The translations under genes and the position numbers were made by a program. Positions 8,142-17,928 of a stretch of DNA of 64,000 bases are shown one piece after another. Below the pieces are notes generated by a model. That model was not told the DNA's origin, made no database searches, and saw only the letters and a list, made by a program, of their open reading frames with translations. The DNA comes from Clostridia bacterium (GTDB taxonomy: Bacteria > Bacillota > DSM-521 > Neomoorellales > SLTJ01): contig SLTJ01000013.1 in the NCBI GenBank assembly GCA_004347685.1, positions 1,655-65,654 of the forward strand. The letters run 5' to 3'. Numbering within the stretch: the first letter of the stretch is position 1; every line of letters starts with the position of its first letter.

Positions 8142-10832
8142 TTAGCTTGCCGCCTGGGCCAGTTCTGCCGGCCGCACCAGGCTGCCGTGCTGGTGCTGCA
8201 AGGCTGCCTGAGCCGCGGCCAGCCTGGCCACCGGCACCCGGTAGGGAGAGCAGCTCACAGCGTCCAATCCCACCAGATGGCAGAACTCGATGGAACTCGG
8301 GTCCCCGCCGTGCTCGCCGCAGATGGCCAGACCCAGGTTGGGCTTAGCCTGGCGGCCCAACTGCACCGCCATCTGCATCAATTTCCCCACTCCGTCCCGG
8401 TCCAGGACGGCGAAGGGGTTATCGGCAAAGATCTTCTTTTCCAGGTAATCAGGCAGGAACTTGCCTTCCGCGTCATCCCGGCTGAAGCCCAGGGTGGTTT
8501 GGGTCAGATCGTTGGTGCCAAAGGAGAAAAAGTCGGCTTCCCTGGCGATGCTGCTGGCTGTGAGGCAGGCACGCGGCACTTCGATCATGGTGCCCACGGT
8601 ATAATGGAAGCTGACACCCGCAGCCTGCCGGACCTCGGCCGCTACCGCATCTATCTCCCGGCGCAGGAAGGCCAGCTCGTCCACATGAATGACCAGCGGA
8701 ATCTCCACCTCAGGGTATACCTCATAGCCCTCTCGGACCAGCCGGGCCACGGCCTGGAAGATGGCCCGGGCCTGCATGCGGTAGATCTCCGGGTAGGTGA
8801 GGCCCAGGCGGCAGCCCCGGTGTCCAAGCATGGGATTGAACTCGGCCAGGCTGCGTACCTGGCGCAGCAATTTCTCCTTCGCCTCGATTTCCGCCGGGTT
8901 CCCGCCGGTTAGCTTCAGCCGGGTGATCTCCACCGCCAGTTCCTCGCTGTTGGGCAGGAACTCGTGCAGGGGCGGGTCCAGCAGCCGGATACATACCGGA
9001 TAGCCAGCCATGGCCTTGAGAATGCCGTAAAAATCATCTTCCTGCATAGGCAGCAAGCGCGCCAGGGCCTTCTCCCGATCTTCCAGGGTGGTCGCCAGGA
9101 TCATCTCCTGCACCACCGGCAGCCGGTCCTGGGCCATGAACATGTGTTCGGTGCGGCAGAGACCAATCCCGGTGGCCCCAAAGGACCTGGCCCTGACGGC
9201 ATCACCCGGGGTATCGGCGTTAGCCCGTACATCCATCACCTTTACCTCGTCCGCCCAGGCCAGCAATTCCTGGAATTCGGCCCCCAGTTCCGGCTCTACC
9301 AGCGGCACCTCGCCCATGATGACTTGTCCGGTGGCCCCGTCAATAGAAATCACGTCGCCCCGACGTACTTCCAGGCCGTTGACCCGGAAAACCTGCGCCC
9401 CGTAGTCAATCTTGATGGGTTCGCAGCCGCAAACGCAAGGCTTGCCCATGCCCCGGGCCACGACCGCAGCGTGGCTGGTCATGCCGCCCCGGCTGGTGAG
9501 CACCCCTTGGGCGGCCACGATGCCATGGATGTCGTCCGGAGTGGTCTCGGTCCGGACCAGGATAACCGCTTCTCCCTTGTTGCCAAGTTCTTCAGCCGCA
9601 TCGGCGCTGAAGACAACCCGGCCGCTGGCCGCTCCCGGCGAGGCCGGCAGGCCGGTGGCTATAACCTCGAGTTTGGCGTTGGGGTCTACACCGCGGTGCA
9701 GCAACTGGCTGATCTGGTCCGGGTGGACCCGCATCAGGGCTTCTTTCTTGGTGATCAGCCCTTCTTCGACCATATCCACCGCCACCTTGACCGCAGCCCT
9801 GGCGGTGCGCTTCCCGCTGCGGGTCTGCAGCATCCACAGCCGGCCCTTCTCCACGGTAAACTCCACATCCTGAAGGTCCCGGTAGTGCTTTTCCAGGGTT
9901 TGACAAACTTCCATAAACTGCCTATAGATCTCCGGTTGTTCACCTCTGAGGGCCGCGATTTGTTTGGGCGTACGGATGCCGGCCACCACGTCTTCGCCCT
10001 GGGCGTTCATCAGGTACTCGCCGTAGACCGCCCTTTCGCCGGTGGAAGGGTTGCGGGTAAAGGCCACCCCGGTACCCGAATCATTGCCCATGTTGCCGAA
10101 GACCATGGTCTGGACATTCACCGCCGTCCCCAGGTTGTCGGGGATCTTGTTTATCCGCCGGTAAACTATGGCCCGCTGATTGTTCCAAGAGCCGAAAACG
10201 GCCCGGATAGCGGCCAGCAACTGCTCCTGCGGATCCTGGGGGAAATCGCGGCCGGTCTCCCGCCTGATCAATTCTTTGTAGCCGGCAATGACCTGGCGCA
10301 GATCCTCGGGTTCCAGCTCGTTGTCCAACTGTACCCCTTTCTTTTCCTTAACGCCGACCAATACCTCCTCAAACTTCTCGTGCTCCACCCCCATGACCAC
10401 GTCGCCAAACATCTGGATGAGCCGGCGATAGCAGTCCAGGGCGAAGCGCTCGTCCCCGGTGTTGGCAGCCAGGGCCGGAACCGTTTCGTCGTTCAGGCCT
10501 AGGTTTAGAATGGTATCCATCATGCCGGGCATGGAAATCGGGGCGCCGGACCGGACCGACACCAAAAGCGGATTGGTCTGGTCCCCGAATTTCCTCCCCA
10601 CCTGGGCCTCAACCTGCGCAAACTTTGTCCGCACCTGCTCCAGCAGTCCTTCGGGAAACTCCTGCCCCAGGGCATTGTATTCGTTGCAGGCCTCGGTGGT
10701 AATGGTAAGGCCCGGAGGTACAGGCAGCCCGATCCTGGCCATCTCGGCCAACCCGGCTCCTTTCCCCCCCAGCACATCCCGCATCCCGGCATTACCCTCC
10801 GCAAAAAGATACACGTACTGCTTACTGGGCAT
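8142..10832 (-). CDS. ppdK: pyruvate, phosphate dikinase
   Basis: 896 aa: GGKGAGLAEM, catalytic region GGMTSHAAVVARGMGKPCV, and a C-terminal PEP-utilising domain GLCRTEHMF ... FFSFGTNDLTQ. Confidence 0.97.
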   Translation of the reverse strand: MPSKQYVYLFAEGNAGMRDVLGGKGAGLAEMARIGLPVPPGLTITTEACNEYNALGQEFPEGLLEQVRTKFAQVEAQVGRKFGDQTNPLLVSVRSGAPISMPGMMDTILNLGLNDETVPALAANTGDERFALDCYRRLIQMFGDVVMGVEHEKFEEVLVGVKEKKGVQLDNELEPEDLRQVIAGYKELIRRETGRDFPQDPQEQLLAAIRAVFGSWNNQRAIVYRRINKIPDNLGTAVNVQTMVFGNMGNDSGTGVAFTRNPSTGERAVYGEYLMNAQGEDVVAGIRTPKQIAALRGEQPEIYRQFMEVCQTLEKHYRDLQDVEFTVEKGRLWMLQTRSGKRTARAAVKVAVDMVEEGLITKKEALMRVHPDQISQLLHRGVDPNAKLEVIATGLPASPGAASGRVVFSADAAEELGNKGEAVILVRTETTPDDIHGIVAAQGVLTSRGGMTSHAAVVARGMGKPCVCGCEPIKIDYGAQVFRVNGLEVRRGDVISIDGATGQVIMGEVPLVEPELGAEFQELLAWADEVKVMDVRANADTPGDAVRARSFGATGIGLCRTEHMFMAQDRLPVVQEMILATTLEDREKALARLLPMQEDDFYGILKAMAGYPVCIRLLDPPLHEFLPNSEELAVEITRLKLTGGNPAEIEAKEKLLRQVRSLAEFNPMLGHRGCRLGLTYPEIYRMQARAIFQAVARLVREGYEVYPEVEIPLVIHVDELAFLRREIDAVAAEVRQAAGVSFHYTVGTMIEVPRACLTASSIAREADFFSFGTNDLTQTTLGFSRDDAEGKFLPDYLEKKIFADNPFAVLDRDGVGKLMQMAVQLGRQAKPNLGLAICGEHGGDPSSIEFCHLVGLDAVSCSPYRVPVARLAAAQAALQHQHGSLVRPAELAQAAS

Positions 10833-11628
10833 ATCGGTCCCCCTTGCTGTAAATTTCTAAGACCTTGCTGGCAGTCTCCTCCACAGCCCGGTTAGTAACA
10901 TCAATAACCGGGCAGCCCAACTCTCTCATTATTCGCTCCGCAAAGGCAAGTTCCTGCAGGATTCGTTTAGGATCCGCATAGTTGGCTCTGGTAGTTAACC
11001 CCATGGTTTTCAGCCTTTCAGCCCGGATCTGCGTCAATTGCTCGGCGCTGATAGTCAGGCCCACGGTCTTACCCCGGCAGACCGCGAAGAGATCCTCCGG
11101 GGGAGAGACCTCGGGGACCAGGGGGACGTTGGCCGTCTTGATGTGCTTGTGGGCCAGGTACATGCTCACCGGGGTCTTGGAGGTGCGGGAGACGCCGATA
11201 AGGACAATGTCGGCCAGGGCCAGGCCCCGGGGGTCTTTGCCGTCATCATATTTGACGGCAAATTCGATGGCCTCCATCTTGCGGAAATAATCCTCGTCCA
11301 ACCGGTGCAGGAGGCCGGGTTCCATTCTGGGGGTAACGCGGGTGACGCTGGCCAGGGCCTCAACCATGGGACCCAGCACGTCCACAGCCGGTATCCTCCG
11401 GGCCTGGGCCTCTGCCAGAAGAAAATCCCGCAGGGGCTGGCGCACCAGCGTATAGGCTACCACCGACGGGACCTTACTGGCCTCGTCGAGGATACAGGTA
11501 ATCTGTTCCCGTTCGCTGACGTAGGGAAAACGCAACATGGAAATTTGCCCGGAATCAAACTGGCTGGCCGCGGCCCGGACCACCAGTTCCGCCGTTTCCC
11601 CCAGGGAATCGGAAATAATGTACACCAC
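10822..11628 (-). CDS. yqfL: PPDK / PEP synthase regulatory kinase-phosphorylase (DUF299, YqfL-like)
   Basis: VVYIISDSLGETAELVVRAA ... IVLIGVSRTSKTPVSMYLA ... IDVTNRAVEETA. GTG start at 11628 after GGAGAGGAA. The longer track ORF would overlap ccpN. Confidence 0.9.
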   Translation of the reverse strand: MVYIISDSLGETAELVVRAAASQFDSGQISMLRFPYVSEREQITCILDEASKVPSVVAYTLVRQPLRDFLLAEAQARRIPAVDVLGPMVEALASVTRVTPRMEPGLLHRLDEDYFRKMEAIEFAVKYDDGKDPRGLALADIVLIGVSRTSKTPVSMYLAHKHIKTANVPLVPEVSPPEDLFAVCRGKTVGLTISAEQLTQIRAERLKTMGLTTRANYADPKRILQELAFAERIMRELGCPVIDVTNRAVEETASKVLEIYSKGDRYAQ

Positions 11629-11656
11629 CGGAGGTTCCTCTCCTGTACTCTTGATT

Positions 11657-12295
11657 TCAAATCCCTCCCTCACCAAGCTCCACGAACAGGCGAGTGACGT
11701 TGGTTTTGCTGACACGGCCGATTACCTGCAGCCTGCCGAGCCGGGAGTCCTCCTCCGCTTTGACTACCGGGAGAGAGTCTACCTCGTGTTCCACGATCTT
11801 TCTCGCCGCCTCCCAAACGGTTTCCTCGGGCGTAGCGGTAATCACGTTGGGCATGCGGGTCATCACCACGCTCACCGGCATCTGGTGGATATCAGGCTGG
11901 CCCAGGGAAGCGCGCAGGAGGTCCTTGCGGGAAACAACCCCTTCCAGGAAACCCGCATCCGTGACCACGTAAAGGGTGCCCACGTCTTCCAGGAACAGGG
12001 TTACCGCCGCTTCGTAGATGCTGGCCGCGGTCTGCACCACCACCGGCACGGACTTGATATCGCCCACCCGATAGGAACGCAGGGTTTCGCTCAGGCTGGC
12101 AGGTGTCTTTTTCCTGCTGACGTAATAGCCTACCCGCGGCCTGGCCTCCAGCAGGCCGACCATGGTAAGGATGGCGAGGTCAGGGCGCAGGGCCGACCTG
12201 CTCACCTTCAGGAGGTGAGCTATCTGCTCACTGGTAATGGGGCCCGCACTCTGGACAATGTCCATTATTCTGGCCTGCCGCTCGGTTAGTTGCAA
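11657..12295 (-). CDS. ccpN: transcriptional repressor CcpN (HTH + two CBS domains)
   Basis: 212 aa. TTG start with a GGCGGTGA RBS. Order is ccpN-yqfL as in B. subtilis. Confidence 0.85.
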   Translation of the reverse strand: MQLTERQARIMDIVQSAGPITSEQIAHLLKVSRSALRPDLAILTMVGLLEARPRVGYYVSRKKTPASLSETLRSYRVGDIKSVPVVVQTAASIYEAAVTLFLEDVGTLYVVTDAGFLEGVVSRKDLLRASLGQPDIHQMPVSVVMTRMPNVITATPEETVWEAARKIVEHEVDSLPVVKAEEDSRLGRLQVIGRVSKTNVTRLFVELGEGGI

Positions 12296-12438
12296 AAGAA
12301 ATCACCGCCCGCAAAGCTACAGACTTGCTACCGACGACATCCGGGATGGGGCCGCCACTACCTCCCTTGCTCAGGCGGGGTTGAAAAGAGCTTTCTGCCC
12401 GGCGGCAGGACTGGCGCCCTGGATTTTGCGACACGCTC

Positions 12439-14511
12439 TTAGGCGGCTATTTGCGAAAGATCGGCGATATTCCTGATGTAGTCGGCGATGGAACGCAGCA
12501 GGGACAGCCGGTTCTCCCGCACCGCCGTGTCCGGTGCCATGACCAGCACCCCCGCAAAAAAGGCCTCCAGGGGTTCGGCCAGGGCGGCCACGACCTGCAG
12601 CGCCCCCCGGTAGTCTTTGGCCTTCAGGCAGGCCCCGGCCTGAGCGCGGGCTTGCTGGAAGAAGCGGTAGAGGCGGTTTTCTACCGGATCCTGAAAGAGA
12701 TCCTGGTTTACCTCCTGGGAGGGAGCCTGCCGGGAAAGGTTGTGGGCGCGGGTGAATACGGTCACAACCTGAGCAAAGGCCGACTGGCCGGCCAGGTCCG
12801 CCAGGGCGTGGATGCGCTGCCAGGCATCAAAAATATCATCGCTGACCACGGCGGTTACCGCGTTCACGATATCATAACGTATGCCCTGCTCCTGACACAT
12901 ATTCTCCATCCGGGAAAGGAGAAAAGAGCGGATCTGCTCCGTGACCTCCTCCAGGGATAAGGACGGACGGCCGAGGGCCTTGTACTGGCCGTAGGCCTCG
13001 GTGGCCAGGCGGGTGATGGACAGGACGATTTCATGCTTGATTAAGATAGTACAGATTCCTGTTGCCAGCCGGCGCAGGCCGAAGGGATCCTGGGAGCCGG
13101 TGGGAGCCAGGCCGATGCAGAAATACCCCACCAGGGTGTCGGCCTTGTCGGCTAGGCTCAAAATCATCCCGGCTTCGCTCCGGGGCAGCTTGTCCCCGGC
13201 GAACCTAGGCAAATAATGCTCGCGGATGGCCTGGCAAACTTCGGCTCTCTCCCCGGCCCGGGCCGCGTAGTAACTCCCGATAATCCCCTGCAGTTCGGGA
13301 AATTCATAAACCATATGCGAGACCAGGTCGGCCTTGGCCAGATAAGCGGCCCGGGAGAGCACTTCAGTATGCTGGTGGGAGAGCCCCAGAGCCCGGGAAA
13401 GGAAATGGCACAGGTACTGGAGGCGAAATACCTTTTCATAGAGGGTGCCGAGCTGTTCCTGGAAAATAACGTCTTTTAGCTTCTCCACCCTGGCCGGCAG
13501 CGGCTCGGCCAAATCCTCCCGGTAAAAGAAGGCCGTATCGGCCAACCGGGCGGCCAAGACCCTCTCGTTTCCGGCCCGCACCGTATCCATGCCTTCGGCC
13601 GGGCCGTTACGCACTCCGCAAAATACAGGCAGCAGCCTACCGCCTCCATCCCGGACGCTGAAGTAGCGCTGGTGGCCACGCATGGCCGTGAGGATCACTT
13701 CCTCCGGTTGCTGCAAGTATTCTGGCGCGAAACGGCCCAGGAAAGCCGTCGGGTACTCCGTCAGGTTCACCACTTCTTCCAGCAATTCCAGGTCCTCGGT
13801 TACCCGGCCCCCGGCCTCCACCGACAGGTTGGCCATCTGGGTGGCCAGCGTTTGCCGCCGTTCCTCGGGGTCTACCAGGACATAGGCCTGGCGCATGGCG
13901 GCCACATAATGCTTCGGCTCCTCGATGGCGATCTCCTGGGACGCGTAAAAACGCAGGCCGCGCGAGGTGCGGCCGGAGCGGATACCGGCCAGTTCAAACT
14001 CCACCACCTCGGGGCCGAAAAGGGCCAGCAGCCAGCGGATGGGCCGGACAAAACGAAAGCCTGAGCTTTCCCACCGCATGGAACGGGGGAAATTCAGACC
14101 GGTAATAATCTGCACCAGGATGCCCGGCAGCAGCCCGGCCGTCTCCTCCCCCGGAGACACCCGGCGGGCATACACGTGCCGGCCTTTCTCCGTCTCCTTG
14201 ACCTCGAGGTCATCCACCGCTACCCCCTGGGCGCGAGCAAAGCCTACCGCCGCCTGAGTCGGCTCCCCAGCTTCAGTGAAAGCCACCTCGAAGGCCGGGC
14301 CCCGGACTTCTTCCCCGTACTCCGCCTGCCTTTCGGCCAGGTCGGAAACATAGAGACTGAGGCGCCGGGGCGTGCTGTAAGTATTCATGCCGGCAAAGCC
14401 GAGGCGCTTCTCGTCAAGGACGGCGCGGGCCATCGCGGCCAGTTGCGCAGTGGCCGGCTGGATCACGGCCGGTGGCATCTCCTCCACGCCTATCTCTAAC
14501 AACAAATCCAA
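12439..14511 (-). CDS. glyS: glycine--tRNA ligase beta subunit
   Basis: LDLLLEIGVEEMPP at the N-terminus, 690 aa. TTG start at 14511 after GGAGGGAAGG, 13 nt downstream of the glyQ stop. Confidence 0.95.
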   Translation of the reverse strand: MDLLLEIGVEEMPPAVIQPATAQLAAMARAVLDEKRLGFAGMNTYSTPRRLSLYVSDLAERQAEYGEEVRGPAFEVAFTEAGEPTQAAVGFARAQGVAVDDLEVKETEKGRHVYARRVSPGEETAGLLPGILVQIITGLNFPRSMRWESSGFRFVRPIRWLLALFGPEVVEFELAGIRSGRTSRGLRFYASQEIAIEEPKHYVAAMRQAYVLVDPEERRQTLATQMANLSVEAGGRVTEDLELLEEVVNLTEYPTAFLGRFAPEYLQQPEEVILTAMRGHQRYFSVRDGGGRLLPVFCGVRNGPAEGMDTVRAGNERVLAARLADTAFFYREDLAEPLPARVEKLKDVIFQEQLGTLYEKVFRLQYLCHFLSRALGLSHQHTEVLSRAAYLAKADLVSHMVYEFPELQGIIGSYYAARAGERAEVCQAIREHYLPRFAGDKLPRSEAGMILSLADKADTLVGYFCIGLAPTGSQDPFGLRRLATGICTILIKHEIVLSITRLATEAYGQYKALGRPSLSLEEVTEQIRSFLLSRMENMCQEQGIRYDIVNAVTAVVSDDIFDAWQRIHALADLAGQSAFAQVVTVFTRAHNLSRQAPSQEVNQDLFQDPVENRLYRFFQQARAQAGACLKAKDYRGALQVVAALAEPLEAFFAGVLVMAPDTAVRENRLSLLRSIADYIRNIADLSQIAA

Positions 14512-14524
14512 AAACCTTCCCTCC

Positions 14525-15409
14525 TTAGCTGGCCACCCGCAACAACGGGTATCCCAGTTTCTCCCGCTGCTCCAAATAAGCCCGGGCACATTCCTCAGCC
14601 AGGTGGCGCACCCGCCCCATCATGGCGGCCCGCTCGGTAACGCTGAGGACGCCCCGGGCATCAAGAAGATTGAAAGTATGAGAACACTTCAGCACGTAGT
14701 CGTAAGCCGGCTGCACCAGGCCGGCCGCTACTGTCCGCCGGGCCTCCTCCTCATACAGGGAGAAAAGTTTCTGCAACATTTCCACGCCCGCCAGCTCAAA
14801 ATTATACCGGGAATAATCCACCTCGCCCTGGTGGTGCACATGGCCGTAAGTTATCCCAGGCGCCCACATGATTTCAAAAACGTTGTCCTTTCCCTGCAAA
14901 TACATGGCCAGCCGCTCCAGGCCGTAAGTGATCTCCACCGAGACCGGGTTGCAGTCCATGCCACCGCACTGCTGAAAGTAAGTAAACTGCGTGATTTCCA
15001 TCCCGTCCAGCCACACTTCCCAGCCCACACCCCAGGCCCCCAGGGTAGGGGCCTCCCAGTTATCCTCCACGAAGCGCACGTCGTGTTCGCGAATATCCAG
15101 GCCCAGGCCGGCCAGGCTGGCCAGGTATACCTCCTGAACGTCTTCCGGTCCCGGCTTCAAGATCACCTGGTACTGGTAGTAGTGCTGTAGCCGGTTCGGG
15201 TTTTCCCCGTAACGACCGTCCGTCGGCCGGCGCGACGGCTCCACGTAGGCCACCCGCCAGGGCTCCGGGCCCAGGGCGCGCAGAAAAGTGGCCGGGTGCA
15301 TGGTACCGGCGCCCTTTTCCAGATCATAAGGCTGCTGCAGGAGGCACCCCTGCCGCGCCCAGAACTTATGCAAAACTTCAATCATATCCTGAAAGTACAT
15401 TGTTGCCAC
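14525..15409 (-). CDS. glyQ: glycine--tRNA ligase alpha subunit
   Basis: 294 aa: [17 protein letters not shown] ... [28 protein letters not shown]. Confidence 0.97.
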   Translation of the reverse strand: MATMYFQDMIEVLHKFWARQGCLLQQPYDLEKGAGTMHPATFLRALGPEPWRVAYVEPSRRPTDGRYGENPNRLQHYYQYQVILKPGPEDVQEVYLASLAGLGLDIREHDVRFVEDNWEAPTLGAWGVGWEVWLDGMEITQFTYFQQCGGMDCNPVSVEITYGLERLAMYLQGKDNVFEIMWAPGITYGHVHHQGEVDYSRYNFELAGVEMLQKLFSLYEEEARRTVAAGLVQPAYDYVLKCSHTFNLLDARGVLSVTERAAMMGRVRHLAEECARAYLEQREKLGYPLLRVAS

Positions 15410-15425
15410 CCCTTTTCAGCGCAGC

Positions 15426-15454
15426 AAAAAACCCCCCACCCACCGGATGAGAGG
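15426..15454 (-). terminator. terminator/attenuator hairpin in glyQS leader
   Basis: On the minus strand, CCUCUCAUCC-GGU-GGGUGGGGGG forms a 10-bp stem including G-U pairs, followed by UUUUUU. It lies about 16 nt upstream of the glyQ ATG. Confidence 0.55.
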
Positions 15455-15530
15455 CAGCACCTGTAGTTTTTCACCGGAAAACCGGTTCACCGCTACCCTC
15501 CGCGCTTGTTTTCTCGAGTATCGCGGTGTT

Positions 15531-15560
15531 ATTATAACACAAACCCGCAATCTTTGGCAA
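15531..15560 (-). promoter_or_regulatory. sigma-A type promoter for glyQS
   Basis: On the minus strand: TTGCCA, 18 nt spacer, TGTTATAAT (extended -10). Confidence 0.6.
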
Positions 15561-15565
15561 CAAGT

Positions 15566-15988
15566 TTAACTTGTTTCCTCCTGGAGCGGATAAACTTCTC
15601 TCTCGCCCCCGGGCCGGACAACCTCCAGCTTGTAATCGCTGGCCATGGCGGCCACGGCCGATATGGCGCTGACTGCCGCCACCGCTGGGCTCATGAGCAT
15701 CAGCAACACCCCGGCCACCCCGGCGGTAACCGGTATCTCCAGGATCGCCTTTTCCCCTTTCTTGATGGCTATCCGGTTGATGCTCCCTTTCTCCCAGGCT
15801 TCATTGATGATCCGCCACAGCCGGGCCGCGTTCCCCTGCAGCCTGCCGCCTAGGGTTCGCCGCTTGTTTTCCAGATAAATCAGCGCCTGCACCACATCGC
15901 CGTCGGCCTCTTGCAGGGCGGCATGGGCCTCGCCGTAGGTAACCTCCACGCGTTCACGGATAAGTTCCACTTTCTCCAACTCGTCCAC
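15566..15988 (-). CDS. DUF4342-like protein with N-terminal UBA/EF-Ts-N-like helix bundle and C-terminal membrane segment
   Basis: 140 aa: VTYGEAHAALQEADGDVVQALIYLE, then INRIAIKKGEKAILEIPVTAGVAGVLL. Confidence 0.6.
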   Translation of the reverse strand: MDELEKVELIRERVEVTYGEAHAALQEADGDVVQALIYLENKRRTLGGRLQGNAARLWRIINEAWEKGSINRIAIKKGEKAILEIPVTAGVAGVLLMLMSPAVAAVSAISAVAAMASDYKLEVVRPGGEREVYPLQEETS

Positions 15989-16036
15989 GCCTCACACCCC
16001 CTTTTGCTAATCATACTTTGCCACCGCGAAGTCTTT

Positions 16037-16780
16037 TTATGCATCGGCGCCCAGGCTGAGCAAAACCGGCCAGGACCTAAATGGCTGTCCCGCTTGGTAG
16101 ACCAAGTCCTTCTCCAGGACTTCCCCCAGTTCGGCCAGAATCCGCGGCGAAGATTTCAACCGCAAGAAGCCGGCCGGGGTGCTTCGCGCCAGATAACGCC
16201 AGGCAGCCACCGCCGGGGCCGAAACCGGCACCGCCGACGGGTCGCGAGGGCGACAGACCGAGCACAGGATGCTCCCCGCTCTGAAACCAAAAAAAATCTC
16301 ACCGGAAGGGACCCGGCCGCACAGGCACCGGCCCAGCCCGGGCTGATAGCCGGCCAGCCTCAAAACATGGGTCAGAACATAGACTCCGGTAAGGCGCACC
16401 GGCTGATCCTGCAATAGGCGCAAACCCAGAAGCAAATTATCAAATAATTCATTGTTGGCCTCCCGCTCCGGCATGAAGGCGGCCGTAACCTCGGCCAGAT
16501 ACTGGGCCCAGGAAAGGCGCTCCAAATCCTGGCGGAGGGCCATGAAACTCGCTATCACTTCACCCTGGATCAAGGTGTCCAGGCTTTCGCCCCGATACAG
16601 AAGGAAGCTGGCATGGGTCAGCGGCTGGACCACCGGACGCAGGCGGCTCTTGGGCTTGGTGACGCCCTTGGCCACGGCCGTTACCCGGCCGGCGGACGGC
16701 AAAAGGAGGGTTACCAGGCGGCCCCCTTCTCCATATTCTTTGTTTTTGAGGACAATCCCCTGGGACTCGTATAATTTCAC
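16037..16780 (-). CDS. recO: DNA repair protein RecO
   Basis: 247 aa: MKLYESQGIVLKNKEYGEGGRLVTLL, with a C-terminal Cys cluster CLCGR...CSVC. Confidence 0.92.
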   Translation of the reverse strand: MKLYESQGIVLKNKEYGEGGRLVTLLLPSAGRVTAVAKGVTKPKSRLRPVVQPLTHASFLLYRGESLDTLIQGEVIASFMALRQDLERLSWAQYLAEVTAAFMPEREANNELFDNLLLGLRLLQDQPVRLTGVYVLTHVLRLAGYQPGLGRCLCGRVPSGEIFFGFRAGSILCSVCRPRDPSAVPVSAPAVAAWRYLARSTPAGFLRLKSSPRILAELGEVLEKDLVYQAGQPFRSWPVLLSLGADA

Positions 16781-16813
16781 GTTAGGTACCCTCTGTGTGT
16801 CGTTGGGCCGCCC

Positions 16814-17011
16814 CTACAGGGGTTTCGCCATCCTTAGGGTCAACCCCCCGTGGTTGCCCCGTTCCGTTGGGCGGCCACTGGGGGCCGCCCCTACCGGTTC
16901 TTCCGCACCCGTTTCGGCTTGCTGGCGCTGCAGTTCCTTATACATGAGATAGGCGTCAATGGAGCCAGTACTGACAAAAATGCTCCAGATAAAGTCAGCT
17001 TCACATATCAC
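16814..17011 (-). CDS. yqzL: YqzL-family small protein
   Basis: DFIWSIFVSTGSIDAYLMYKELQ matches the YqzL signature, and the position just upstream of recO is as in Bacillus. GTG start after AAGGTGGTG. The C-terminal tail overlaps a GC-rich palindromic repeat. Confidence 0.6.
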   Translation of the reverse strand: MICEADFIWSIFVSTGSIDAYLMYKELQRQQAETGAEEPVGAAPSGRPTERGNHGGLTLRMAKPL

Positions 17012-17061
17012 CTGCCCGCACCACCTTAGAATGAAAGTCACCAGGTCAGAAGTCCGATTCT

Positions 17062-17928
17062 TTACTTCTGGATGGCAAAGGGTTCCGGCAACAACTGGCT
17101 CAAGAGGCGCATTTGCGGCTTCCTGTCCGGCCCGGGGACCATAACCACCATGTCCCCGAATTCCCACAAAAACTGACGGCAGGCACCGCACGGCCAGCAC
17201 CCTTCGTTTCCCGCCCCGGCCACCACCGCCAAGGCGAGAAAAGACCTTTCCCCAGCCGCCACTGCCTGGACCGCCGCCGCCCTTTCGGCGCAAAGGGAAA
17301 GACCGTAGGCAGTATTTTCCACATTGCAGCCGGTATACACCGCCCCGGAGATTCCCAGCAAAGCCGCCCCCACGGGAAAACCGGAGTAAGGGGCATAAGC
17401 ACGGGCCTGCACCTGGGCGGCCAGGGCCAGCAACCGGCCGGGTTCCATTCCCCGGGGCAGTCTAGGTCGCCCCACGGCCACCATGATCTCTTCCTGCTTT
17501 TTCTGCATCACTTCCGCCGGCGCTGGGCCCTCGTGGTCGTAACCCAACAGGTGGAGGAGCCCGTGGGCCAGCAGAAAGCCAACTTCCCGCTCCAGGGAAT
17601 GGTCGTATTCCTCGGCCTGCCTGGCCGCCGTCTCCAGGGAAATCACCACGTCCCCGAGCAAAGCTCCCTCGCGGGCGTCTATCACCGGAGGCTCGCCGGC
17701 GGTCGCTTCTTGCATGGCAAAGGAGAGGACATCGGTGCTGGCATCTACTCCCCGGTAGGTACGGTTAAGTTCGCGCATCTCCCCGTCATCCACCAGGGCC
17801 AGGCTCACCTCGACCTCAGGGGCAAGACCTTCCAGACGGGCGGCCGCGGCAACGACCTCTTCCAGCCAGCCCCGCAATGCGCCGGTCACCTCTACCTTAT
17901 CCTGCCGATTGTTTACGAACAGTGGCAC
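17062..17928 (-). CDS. ybeY: fusion: rRNA maturation endoribonuclease YbeY + cytidine deaminase
   Basis: N-terminal half has DVLSFA ... HGLLHLLGYDHE. C-terminal half has YAPYSGFPVGAAL ... CAERAA ... PCGACRQF. Single frame with no stop between the halves. GTG start at 17928 inferred. Confidence 0.8.
   Translation of the reverse strand: MPLFVNNRQDKVEVTGALRGWLEEVVAAAARLEGLAPEVEVSLALVDDGEMRELNRTYRGVDASTDVLSFAMQEATAGEPPVIDAREGALLGDVVISLETAARQAEEYDHSLEREVGFLLAHGLLHLLGYDHEGPAPAEVMQKKQEEIMVAVGRPRLPRGMEPGRLLALAAQVQARAYAPYSGFPVGAALLGISGAVYTGCNVENTAYGLSLCAERAAAVQAVAAGERSFLALAVVAGAGNEGCWPCGACRQFLWEFGDMVVMVPGPDRKPQMRLLSQLLPEPFAIQK

Noticed and set aside
8964-10502. 512-aa plus-strand ORF
   Set aside because: Antisense to ppdK, with Arg/Gly/Pro-rich nonsense composition.
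17012-17293. N-terminal two thirds of the 159-aa minus-strand track ORF 16814-17293
   Set aside because: This part overlaps the cdd half of ybeY-cdd in another frame and is Gly/Arg-rich. Only the last 65 codons (YqzL-like, with their own GTG and RBS) look real.
17400-17480. Separate cdd gene starting at the internal Met (GMEPGRLL)
   Set aside because: No stop codon separates it from ybeY, and there is no SD at a workable distance (GGGGA abuts the ATG). It is kept as a fusion but flagged for verification.
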